Positions 47,893-56,603 of a DNA stretch of 64,000 nucleotides are shown here, piece after piece. The stretch comes from Parvibacter caecicola (lineage in GTDB: Bacteria; Actinomycetota; Coriobacteriia; Coriobacteriales; Eggerthellaceae). Below the pieces are notes generated by a model. The model saw only the letters and a program-made list of their open reading frames with translations. It did not search any database and was not told the origin of the DNA. The DNA is taken from the NCBI RefSeq assembly GCF_003725335.1, contig NZ_QIBY01000007.1:50719-114718 (forward strand). The letters run 5' to 3'. Positions within the stretch are counted from its first letter, which is position 1; every line of letters begins with the position of its first letter. The translations under genes and the position numbers were made by a program.

Positions 47893-48043
47893 GCCTGACA
47901 AATTGTCAGGAGTACAGGGTACCACCTCACGCAAATGTGAGCAAATTTCTCCATTTCCGTTGACATCACAAATATGTGAGGTTATAGTCAACCTAAGACA
48001 TCACAAAAACGTGATGTTACGCCAACAAACGAAAGGAGACCCT
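47893..48043. promoter_or_regulatory. Divergent control region with repeated GACATCACAAA boxes and palindromes CTCACGCAAATGTGAG, CACAAATATGTG and ATCACAAAAACGTGAT
   Basis: Repeats seen directly between the divergent XRE and excisionase-like genes. Confidence 0.45.
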
Positions 48044-48259
48044 ATGGGAACAAGGCTAATGAGTGCAACGGAGGTCGCGGAGCAGCTGGGCACCTCCAAG
48101 GCGTACGCCTACAAGGTGATTCGCAAGCTTAATGCGGAACTGGCGAAGAAAGGGTGCCTAATCGTCCAGGGAAAAGTGAGCCGAATGTATTTTGAGGAGC
48201 GCTACTTTGCTGGCGAACCAATGCCAGCACCCGAGCAAGGAGCCAGCAATGTCCGTTAG
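48044..48259 (+). CDS. xis: Excisionase-family / MerR-like small DNA-binding protein
   Basis: 71 aa reading MSATEVAEQLGTSKAYAYKVIRKLNAEL. Immediately upstream of, and overlapping, the integrase. Confidence 0.6.
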   Translation: MGTRLMSATEVAEQLGTSKAYAYKVIRKLNAELAKKGCLIVQGKVSRMYFEERYFAGEPMPAPEQGASNVR

Positions 48260-49364
48260 CAAAGATCGTGAACGCGGAACGTTCTACGTCCAGTGCCGCT
48301 ATAAAGACTGGACGGGCGAACCCAAGAAGAAGACCAAGCGCGGCTTCAAGACGGAGAAGGAGGCGCGCAAGTGGGAGTACGAGTTCCTGAAGCGCATGGA
48401 GGGCGCACCGACAATGCTCTTCTCCGAGTTCTATCAGGTGTACGCCGCGGACGTGAAGCCCCGTCTGCGCAGGAACACCTGGGAGAGCAAGGCGCACATG
48501 ATCGAGACGAAGATCCTGCCCTATCTCGGCAACAAGCGCGTGAACGAGATCTCGTCGCTCGACATCCTCAACTGGGAGAACGAGCTGCTCGCAATGCGCA
48601 CGTGCAACGGGCTGGAATACTCGCAGACCTATCTCCATTCGATCTGCAATCAACTCTCGGCCATGCTCAATCACGCCGTTCGCTACTACGGCCTCACGGT
48701 GAACCCGATGGCCAAGGTCGGCAAGATAGGCAGCAAGCAGGCTGACGAGATGAGCTTCTGGACGAAAGACGAGTACCTAAGGTTCAGCAGGGCGATGATG
48801 GACAAACCGCAATCCTTCATAGCCTTCGAGATTCTCTACTGGTGCGGACTGCGCCTCGGCGAGTTGCTCGCGCTCACGCCAGAGGATTTCGACTTCGAGG
48901 CTAAGAGGCTGTCGATCACCAAGAGCTACCAGCGCATGCACGGCGAGGACGTCATCACGGCACCGAAGACGCCCAAGTCCGCCCGCTCGATCGTCATGCC
49001 AGAGTTCCTCGTTGGTGAAGTTATCGACTTCATGAGGTGCATCCCCGACCTTCGAAACGACGACCGCCTGATTCCCGTCACCAAGTCCTTCTTGCACCAT
49101 GAGATGGATCGCGGCGCGAAGGCAGCCGGAGTCAAGCGCATTCGGATTCACGATCTGCGACACAGTCATGTGTCGCTTCTGATCGAACTCGGCTATTCCG
49201 CTCTCGCGATTGCCGACAGGCTGGGTCACGAGAGCACCGAGGTGACCATGCGTTACGCGCACCTCTTCCCAAATAAGCAAGAGGACATGGCTTGCGACCT
49301 TGACGTCCAAAGAGGCAGTGCGGAATCCCCATTCGATATGGCAAGACCCATGAAACAGGCCTAG
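48249..49364 (+). CDS. int: Tyrosine-type site-specific integrase
   Basis: N-terminal arm-binding-type domain, and C-terminal catalytic R...HDLRHSHVSLL...RYAHL with the tyrosine. SD AGGAG. Confidence 0.9.
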   Translation: MSVSKDRERGTFYVQCRYKDWTGEPKKKTKRGFKTEKEARKWEYEFLKRMEGAPTMLFSEFYQVYAADVKPRLRRNTWESKAHMIETKILPYLGNKRVNEISSLDILNWENELLAMRTCNGLEYSQTYLHSICNQLSAMLNHAVRYYGLTVNPMAKVGKIGSKQADEMSFWTKDEYLRFSRAMMDKPQSFIAFEILYWCGLRLGELLALTPEDFDFEAKRLSITKSYQRMHGEDVITAPKTPKSARSIVMPEFLVGEVIDFMRCIPDLRNDDRLIPVTKSFLHHEMDRGAKAAGVKRIRIHDLRHSHVSLLIELGYSALAIADRLGHESTEVTMRYAHLFPNKQEDMACDLDVQRGSAESPFDMARPMKQA

Positions 49365-49378
49365 GAAAGGAGATCCAG

Positions 49379-49759
49379 ATGTCAGAGAAGAACCTGGATG
49401 CGCACGGCAGGCAGCGAAGCAAGACAATCTCGTTTCGCATGTCGCCCGAAGAGGCGAACCTGCTCGATAACCTCGTTGCCATTAGTGGGCAGAAGAAACA
49501 GGACTACATTATCCGGAAGCTGCTCGACAGAAGAATCGTCGTCGTGCCATCAAGCCGCATGCAGAAGGGCATGGAGGAGGCAATGATGCTCGTCTATCGC
49601 GAGCTGACAAGGCTGACGAATTGCGCCGACGCCACGCCGGAGCTAATAGCGCTCACGGACAGCGTTGCCACGATCTTCGCTGGGTTTAGCGAGAAGTCCA
49701 CCAATATCCAGCTGGCAAGCGACGAAAGCGCCATCAAGAATCTGAAGAGGGAACCGTAA
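49379..49759 (+). CDS. MobC-like / ribbon-helix-helix mobilisation accessory protein (putative)
   Basis: The segment KTISFRMSPEEANLLDNL resembles relaxosome accessory proteins. Confidence 0.45.
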   Translation: MSEKNLDAHGRQRSKTISFRMSPEEANLLDNLVAISGQKKQDYIIRKLLDRRIVVVPSSRMQKGMEEAMMLVYRELTRLTNCADATPELIALTDSVATIFAGFSEKSTNIQLASDESAIKNLKREP

Positions 49760-50769
49760 TGCGACAGCTGACAGCAAGAACAGCCCAAGAGTTACTGGAA
49801 GACCCCATCGAGGAAGCGGACTGGGTCATCGAGGACTTGCTGCCTGTGGGAGCGCATATACTGGCTGGCGCACCCAAGATTGGAAAGTCCTGGATGGTGC
49901 TCGCTATGGGGCTTGCCGTGAGCATGGGCCAACCGTTCTGGGACTATACGGTATGCCAAGGAGCGGTTCTCTACCTCTGCCTTGAAGATACGTATTCCCG
50001 AGTTAAAAAGAGGTTATGGAAGCTAACAGACGAGGCTAACGACAGGTTCTACCTTGCCAACTCGGCAGCCACGATCAAGGACGGCCTGGCGGCGCAGATC
50101 GAGTATTTCGTCATTACCCATCCAGACCTGAAACTCGTGTTCATCGACACGTTCCAGAAGGTTCGAAGCCCAACCGGCGACAGCATCTATGCTGCCGACT
50201 ACAGCGACTTCTCGGCACTGAAGGCGATTGCCGACAAGCACGGTCTGGCGATGATGGTGGTGCACCATACTCGCAAGATGGCAGACGAGGACGTCATGAA
50301 CACTGTATCGGGTTCGAGCGGAATCACGGGCAGTGCGGACAGCATCTGGGTACTGAGGCGAGCGTCGCGTGGCGTTGGGGACGCGACGCTCACGGTTACC
50401 GGACGAGATGTGGAGTTTCGAGAGCTGAAACTTGCGCTCAGGGATTGTCGTTGGAACCTTATCGAGCGCACGAGCGAGGAGGAGTTTGAGGAACGGGACG
50501 TGCCCGACTGCGTACTGAAGGTGGTCGAGTTCATGGCGTTAAGCACAAATGGGTCATGGCAGGGCTCCGTCGGAGACCTGATCAAGGCAGCAGGGGCCGA
50601 GGGAGTGACCACCGCGACGTTTGGCAAGTTCCTCGCACAGCACAGTGTCTTCATGAGGTCGCGCGGGATTGTCTACAGCAAGAAGCACACCAGCGCCGGG
50701 CAGCAGATCACTCTAGAGAAGACCGCCTGTGAAAGAAGTGAAGGCGATGAAGGCTGCGCTCGGGTATAG
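49759..50769 (+). CDS. AAA-family ATPase (RepA/DnaB-like, primase-associated type found on integrative elements)
   Basis: Walker A GAPKIGKSW and Walker B LVFIDTF. Confidence 0.65.
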   Translation: MRQLTARTAQELLEDPIEEADWVIEDLLPVGAHILAGAPKIGKSWMVLAMGLAVSMGQPFWDYTVCQGAVLYLCLEDTYSRVKKRLWKLTDEANDRFYLANSAATIKDGLAAQIEYFVITHPDLKLVFIDTFQKVRSPTGDSIYAADYSDFSALKAIADKHGLAMMVVHHTRKMADEDVMNTVSGSSGITGSADSIWVLRRASRGVGDATLTVTGRDVEFRELKLALRDCRWNLIERTSEEEFEERDVPDCVLKVVEFMALSTNGSWQGSVGDLIKAAGAEGVTTATFGKFLAQHSVFMRSRGIVYSKKHTSAGQQITLEKTACERSEGDEGCARV

Positions 50770-50888
50770 GGTTCAGCTTTCACAGCCTTCACGGCTTTCA
50801 TCCTCGGAGGCGTTGAGAAGCGTTTTAAGGCTTCACTTGGCATCAATCCGAGGAACAAGCCGCTCTAAGGCCTTAGGAGTCTTTATTC

Positions 50889-51038
50889 GCAAGTAGCCCA
50901 TAGCGTATTACCTTTGCGGGCCGCTATGGCGAATTCTAGCAAGTAGCCTATTGGCGTATTACGTTTTCACGCGCCATAGGCAACTTTAGCAAGTAGCCCA
51001 TGGCGTCCGACAACGCCAAAGCGACTTGCCGAATTCGG
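50889..51038. repeat. Three 50-bp tandem direct repeats, each starting GCAAGTAGCC[CT]AT and each containing an internal imperfect palindrome; candidate res/accessory site for the downstream resolvase, or iterons
   Basis: Units begin at 50889, 50939 and 50989, seen directly. They lie immediately upstream of the serine recombinase gene. Confidence 0.55.
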
Positions 51039-51131
51039 GAAACTGGCCGGCGACGGCTTACGCCGTCCGCTTCCCAGTTTGCGGGGGATCCCCCGCGCCC
51101 CTTAATCAATCTCAAAAGAAAGGAGCCATTC

Positions 51132-51746
51132 ATGGACTATGGATATGCACGAGTCTCCGCGAAAGATCAAAGTCTCGCAAGACAGCTTGATGCGCTACGA
51201 GAGCTCGGCTTGGACGACAGTGCGATCTTCACCGATAAGGCGAGCGGGAAGGATTTCAACCGTCCCTCCTATCGCCAGTTAATGCGAAGACTCAAGCCGG
51301 GTGATGTGATCTTCGTTAAATCGATAGACCGGCTGGGACGCAACTACCAAGAGATAATCGCAGAATGGCGAAACATCACGCAGAAGAAAGGCGCGCATAT
51401 CGTCGTGCTCGATATGCCGCTACTCGATACACGAAACGACAAAGGCGAGATCACGAGCGTCTTCATCACTGATGTGGTGCTTCAACTCCTCTCCTATGTC
51501 GCGCAAGTTGAACGCGAGAATATCAAGCAAAGACAGGCTGAGGGAATAGCGTCTGCAAAGGCGCGTGGAGTTAGGTTCGGACGACCTAAGATCGAACGGC
51601 CGGGCATTTATCTCAAGACGAAGCGCGCCTATGAAAATGGAGCCATCACCCGAAAAGAGGCGGCTGACCGTCTGAAGATAAGCATAACTACTTTCGATAA
51701 CTGGATGAAAGAGGACAGGAAAGCATTGCTGAGCGAGACCGCCTGA
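51132..51746 (+). CDS. Serine recombinase (resolvase/invertase family)
   Basis: YARVSAKDQSLARQ catalytic-serine motif. Resolvase fold and C-terminal HTH. SD AAAGGAGCC. Confidence 0.9.
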   Translation: MDYGYARVSAKDQSLARQLDALRELGLDDSAIFTDKASGKDFNRPSYRQLMRRLKPGDVIFVKSIDRLGRNYQEIIAEWRNITQKKGAHIVVLDMPLLDTRNDKGEITSVFITDVVLQLLSYVAQVERENIKQRQAEGIASAKARGVRFGRPKIERPGIYLKTKRAYENGAITRKEAADRLKISITTFDNWMKEDRKALLSETA

Positions 51747-51917
51747 TGGTTTTTTTGGACTTTTTCACACCTCAAAAACGTAGACGTTATTTGAAGCTCA
51801 AATAATAGTCTTTTCAAGCAACGGGTCACATCTGTTTCAGCAGTATAGAAATGATTTTACTTCAAGCTCTCCCTGAACCAAATAACGTCTACTTATTTTG
51901 GTTCTTGGGAGTAAAAC

Positions 51918-53039
51918 TTGAATCTTATAGATGTGATCAAATACGAAGGTGATAACAAAACCTTTGTTTGGAAATATCCCGAAGAGGATTTTAATACTGG
52001 TTCTCAACTCATAGTCCATGAAGCGCAAGAGGCTATTTTCTTCTTAAATGGAGAAGCGCTCGATTCGTTTAAACCTGGCAGATACGAGCTAGAGACCCAG
52101 AACATCCCGTTATTAAGTAAAGTTATAAACATTCCATCAGGAGGCGAAAGCCCATTTCATGCTGAGGTCTACTTCATAAACCTCGTAGAACAAATGGGTA
52201 TAAGCTGGGGAACAAACTCAAAAATCCAGTTTATGGAACCAGAGTTCAATTTTCCTCTTTCAATTGGCGCATCAGGAGAGATGGCAATTGCTGTCAGAGA
52301 GCCTAAGAAACTCCTCCTAAAAATTGTGGGTACTGAAGCAATTCTTTCACAAGAAGAGTTAATCAAATACCTTAAGTCCTTTCTTCAGACGAGGATAAAA
52401 GCTGCCATAGCTCAGGCGATACCCGAAAACTCGCTCTCTATTTTCCAAATGGATGCACAGCTAGTTCTTTTATCAGACGAAGTAAAAAAGCACCTTCAGC
52501 CCGACTTCAAAGAATACGGCCTGGAGCTTACTCAAATGATGATTACGACAATCGTTAAGCCCGAGGGCGACCCCATTTATGAGCAATTTAAGGAGCTGTT
52601 TTTTCGGCAGTATGCGGATGTAAAAAACGCTCAGATCAACCAGCAAGTTGGCGTGATTAACCAGGAGACGGCAGCTAAACAGACAGTTATTGAGGCCAAG
52701 GGGGTCGCAGAAAAGCGCCAAATTGAAGGATATACCTATCAACAAGAACGTGGATTCGACGTGGCGGAGCAAATGGCTCAAAACGAAGCGGTTGGTGAAT
52801 TCGCGAATATGGGAATAGGCCTTGGGCTGATGTCAGGAGTGGGCGGCACTATGGGATCTGTAGTTGGGGGCGCGGTTTCTGAGGCAATCGGAGAGAACCA
52901 ACTGTTTGGAGGTTCTATCTATCCCGGCGTCGCCTCGCCTGATACCGAAGGATCCTTGCCTCAATTTTGCCCGAATTGCGGCAAACAATTCTCATCAAAT
53001 GACAATTTTTGTCCTCAATGCGGGAATAAGAGGGGCTAA
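51918..53039 (+). CDS. SPFH/band-7 domain protein with C-terminal double zinc ribbon
   Basis: TTG start after GGGAG. SPFH-like N-terminal half, and a CPNCGKQF...CPQCGNK zinc-ribbon C-terminus. Confidence 0.7.
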   Translation: MNLIDVIKYEGDNKTFVWKYPEEDFNTGSQLIVHEAQEAIFFLNGEALDSFKPGRYELETQNIPLLSKVINIPSGGESPFHAEVYFINLVEQMGISWGTNSKIQFMEPEFNFPLSIGASGEMAIAVREPKKLLLKIVGTEAILSQEELIKYLKSFLQTRIKAAIAQAIPENSLSIFQMDAQLVLLSDEVKKHLQPDFKEYGLELTQMMITTIVKPEGDPIYEQFKELFFRQYADVKNAQINQQVGVINQETAAKQTVIEAKGVAEKRQIEGYTYQQERGFDVAEQMAQNEAVGEFANMGIGLGLMSGVGGTMGSVVGGAVSEAIGENQLFGGSIYPGVASPDTEGSLPQFCPNCGKQFSSNDNFCPQCGNKRG

Positions 53040-53044
53040 AAAGT

Positions 53045-53710
53045 ATGGAAAACAAAGCAACCCGCACTACAATAATTGCTCTAATAGTTGGATTCGCAGT
53101 TTATTTCTTAATATGTATGCTGCTTTTTGAGGCATCGTTTTCGTTTTGGGCTGAGCTCGGCTTCGCCTTAGTCGCATTTGCAGCCTGCGCCTTTGTAATA
53201 CTCAAACAAAAACAAACACCGAGATTCTTCCTCAAACTGCCCATTTATACAGTTGCCGCCGCATATCTGATAGGCCAATTGATTGTAAGCACGCTATTTA
53301 TGATTTACCCAACCCTCTGCAATCCTTGGGGATATGCAATAAGCATTCTCCTATTTGGCGGTTTTCTTTGCGTTGCCTTGACAAGCCAAGCATCGACTGA
53401 ACATATCGCTTCTATTGATTCCCAAATCAATGAAGATACTTCCTTTATTAAAAATCTGGTAATGCATCTCGAAGCTCTGAAAGAAACGCTTCCTAATAAT
53501 CAGGATTGCGTTAACGAGCTTATTGCAATAGCTCAGTTCTCTAACCTGCGGTCATGCAAGAAGGCTCAGCCGGTGGAACAAATTATTCAAGCCCATATCA
53601 ATGAGCTCTTAGCTGATGCAAAAGCAGGAAAAACTGAAGCTCTTGATAGTCGCTGTGATGAATTGAAGAAACTTCTTCAACAACGCGACCAGTTATGTAT
53701 ACGAAAGTAG
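53045..53710 (+). CDS. Hypothetical membrane protein (4 TM) with cytoplasmic coiled-coil tail
   Basis: Begins 5 nt after the SPFH gene stop. Confidence 0.5.
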   Translation: MENKATRTTIIALIVGFAVYFLICMLLFEASFSFWAELGFALVAFAACAFVILKQKQTPRFFLKLPIYTVAAAYLIGQLIVSTLFMIYPTLCNPWGYAISILLFGGFLCVALTSQASTEHIASIDSQINEDTSFIKNLVMHLEALKETLPNNQDCVNELIAIAQFSNLRSCKKAQPVEQIIQAHINELLADAKAGKTEALDSRCDELKKLLQQRDQLCIRK

Positions 53711-53717
53711 GGCGATT

Positions 53718-53957
53718 ATGAATCATGCCAAATGGCTAGAGCAGGCAAGGCAATACTTAGATACCAATGTCAAAGTTGGTCAAACATTTGAATGCAAATC
53801 ACTATTTCCTGAGCACAAATGGAATCAGCTAACACGAGGCGAAAGAATCAGTTTCGGACAATACTTTGCTAATGAGGTCAAAGAGGGACGCATTCCTGGC
53901 GTAATACGTATCGATCGCGCAAAGAATAATCACAGTATTTATAAAAAGGACAACTAA
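53718..53957 (+). CDS. Small hypothetical protein, DUF1413-like
   Basis: 79 aa. Resemblance to DUF1413 (FECKSLFPEHKWNQLTRGERISFGQYF) is tentative and recalled from memory. Confidence 0.35.
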   Translation: MNHAKWLEQARQYLDTNVKVGQTFECKSLFPEHKWNQLTRGERISFGQYFANEVKEGRIPGVIRIDRAKNNHSIYKKDN

Positions 53958-55267
53958 TGAAAGCTATACAGTGTGAATTATGTGGTGCAACAGACATTGT
54001 CAAAGACGGAGACTTTTTTGTTTGCCAAAGCTGCGGGATGAAATATACACCTGAAAACGCAAAGAAGATGATGGTAGAGGGAGTTGTTCAGGTCGAAGGA
54101 ACAGTCAAGGTTGATAATACTCAGCAAATCGAAAACTTCTTATCCTTAGCAAGAAAGGCGCATGATTCAGATAATGAAAAAGAAGCTGAAGACTACGCAA
54201 ACAAAGTTTTAGAGATAGAGCCGACAAACTATGAAGCTCTCTATCTAAAGGGGATTGCAGCTGGTTGGCAAACTACTGGTGGCAACAATAGAATTCCAGA
54301 AGCAATTGACTACTTCTCTCAAGCGATTGCCAATTGTTCCGAAGATGCAAATGCAGATGAGCTGAAAAAGCAGATCGCAGAAGATATTAGCAAGCTTTCA
54401 TTGGCGATGATTAATCTACGCTGCAAGAATTATATTCAATTCCCATCTTCAGAAAACGCTTCCTCAATAGTCACAGAAGCAGCTAACTCCATTATTCTAA
54501 CGATGAAGCTCATTCTATCATGTGGAGTAGAACCAAATAAATTCAAGGCTGATGCAGCCTTGGTAATGAACGCCGCTGCCGTACAAGCCTGGAAGACAAT
54601 ATGGTCAGACTACACCGACGACAAACCGTTGTTGCCTCTTGGAAATGGCATCATGTTTCAAGACTACAAAACTGCCTCATCCAGCGATCGCTCACTATAT
54701 GCCATCCCCTCTAAATATGACTGGAACAGATTTACCGACCGTGGAGATGGGTGCATTTCAGTAATTGAAGCAGCGATCAATATTGACGACAATGATGATG
54801 AAGAGGATATAACTAGGTATGAAAACCTCATATTTATTGCCGAAAAGGTACGAGATTCCTGTTCAATCGGGTATATCTCGGGGAGTCAATACGTTAGTGC
54901 AAAATGGGCAAAAGAATACGCATTTACCGATTCTGCAATCGCTGCGCGAAATAAGAAAATAGCCGAATGGCAAAGCGCTAAGGCTGACTCGGAACAACGA
55001 ATACGCCAGAACAGAATCAATAAATACTGGGATGCGCATCAAGAGGAACGAGCTAGTCTTGAAGCTTCGATAAAACAGCTTAAGGAAGATCTGATTAAGC
55101 TAAAAAGTGATGAGCAGTATTCGGCGACCAAGGCAAAGATTTCTTCTCTTTCAGGCGAAATAGAAATAAAAGAGAAGCAACTTAGTGCGTTGGGAATCTT
55201 GGATCGCAAAGCAAAGAAAGAACTAAAAAGCGAGATTGAGTCTTTGAGAAGCGAAAAGATAACTTAG
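53957..55267 (+). CDS. Zinc-ribbon plus TPR-like repeat protein with C-terminal coiled coil
   Basis: N-terminal CELCG...CQSCG zinc ribbon, then a TPR-like region (EALYLKGIAAGW). TAATG 1-nt overlap with the upstream gene. Confidence 0.5.
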   Translation: MKAIQCELCGATDIVKDGDFFVCQSCGMKYTPENAKKMMVEGVVQVEGTVKVDNTQQIENFLSLARKAHDSDNEKEAEDYANKVLEIEPTNYEALYLKGIAAGWQTTGGNNRIPEAIDYFSQAIANCSEDANADELKKQIAEDISKLSLAMINLRCKNYIQFPSSENASSIVTEAANSIILTMKLILSCGVEPNKFKADAALVMNAAAVQAWKTIWSDYTDDKPLLPLGNGIMFQDYKTASSSDRSLYAIPSKYDWNRFTDRGDGCISVIEAAINIDDNDDEEDITRYENLIFIAEKVRDSCSIGYISGSQYVSAKWAKEYAFTDSAIAARNKKIAEWQSAKADSEQRIRQNRINKYWDAHQEERASLEASIKQLKEDLIKLKSDEQYSATKAKISSLSGEIEIKEKQLSALGILDRKAKKELKSEIESLRSEKIT

Positions 55268-55403
55268 TAAAAAAGAACAAATCGAAAGAAGACGGTATTA
55301 ATGACAAAGAAAAAGAGCTGGCGAGATGCAAGTCAAGACTGGAAAATCCGATAGCGTGACATCCCTCATTGTTGCCAATGCCCCAGCCTCCTCTGCGACA
55401 ATG

Positions 55404-56132
55404 CTAGATCGCAACGCTGCAAGGCGCGGGATTGTTAGCAACAAAGTCGCTAACAGAGCACTGATCGAGCTGCCCCTCGTACACGTAATTACACGCTGCG
55501 GGTTCTAACTGAGAAAAGAGCACAACCGCATCTTGGCATGCTTGCAAAGTCGAGCGGCTCATCCCCTCAGACGCAAACAGATGCTCATGGTGTGCCGCGC
55601 GATTACGCACGTTGTTGATCCCTGCAATCTTGCGATTTACTATGTCTCTTGATGCGCCTTTCGGCCAAACAGAATGTATGGACGGGATCCAAAGGTCACG
55701 TTCATGGCTCCTGTCAGTCATATGCGCCCAGAACCCCAAGGTTAGATTCGAGATGACTTTATCAGGAGGAGGGTTGTGCCCTAGATTTCCCGCCAAATGG
55801 TCGATTGCATTGCGATTGAGTCGATTGGCATCTTTGACCTTTCCCCGCTTGTTGGTTCGAAGAATCGGACGCCTTACCGGTGAAGCATCATCGAACAGCC
55901 AGTGCTTGTTCCCACTCCAAGTAGCTGAAATGGCCCTATCGTAAGCATTTCGAAGAGCGACCTCAAAGAATGAGACATCCCTAAGTACGGCTTGCGCTAA
56001 CCCGATGTTCCAGAGATACAGATCGAGTGCGAGGTTATCATCGTTCTTGGCGATTTCTAGATACCTCTTGTATCGGGGCGCAGAAAGCCAAGCTTCTATA
56101 TCGGATCTATTGATACTTGGGGAATCCGCCAT
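55404..56132 (-). CDS. Abi_2-family (AbiD/AbiF-like, HEPN-type) abortive-infection protein
   Basis: Conserved INNVRNRAAHHEHLF (Rx4-6H HEPN motif), typical of Abi_2 family proteins. Confidence 0.72.
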   Translation of the reverse strand: MADSPSINRSDIEAWLSAPRYKRYLEIAKNDDNLALDLYLWNIGLAQAVLRDVSFFEVALRNAYDRAISATWSGNKHWLFDDASPVRRPILRTNKRGKVKDANRLNRNAIDHLAGNLGHNPPPDKVISNLTLGFWAHMTDRSHERDLWIPSIHSVWPKGASRDIVNRKIAGINNVRNRAAHHEHLFASEGMSRSTLQACQDAVVLFSQLEPAACNYVYEGQLDQCSVSDFVANNPAPCSVAI

Positions 56133-56298
56133 GCTCGCCTTCCGTATGTAATAATTGAGCCCCGGCGACTTGAATCAGCGGTCGTCCCGGGGCTATCTGA
56201 AACGTATTCTACTACACCGTTTGCTATTCATGCCGCAAAACGAAGTATTCGCCACCAAATTTGCATCTGCAAAACGGCCTTTTCTTTAGCTCGGTTAT

Positions 56299-56365
56299 TT
56301 GAGTACAAGATGAGTACAAATGCGATAAATCGATTCCACTGCTGATAGTTGCGTGAGTACAAAGT
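56299..56365. repeat. Three TGAGTACAA(A/G) direct repeats near the guaA-proximal element end; candidate integrase arm-type sites
   Basis: Copies at 56300, 56311 and 56355, seen directly. The motif is related to the TGAGTTCAAA repeats at 37480-37512. Confidence 0.45.
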
Positions 56366-56603
56366 TGATAGGCTTCGCGTAATGCAAGCTTAAGCTCACA
56401 TTATCGTGATGATTTGATCTCGCTCTTAATGCCTATGAACCAATTAAGCATTGGTTGACCATGAGAAATGCTCTCTCAGTAGCCACTAAGAGAGCATGTT
56501 AGGAAACGATGGTTCAGATGGCTTGGAGGCAACTGCGAATCGCTTTAGCACACCAAATCGCGCCAAAATGCACACAAACCAAGCCTCACGATAATGTGTG
56601 CGA

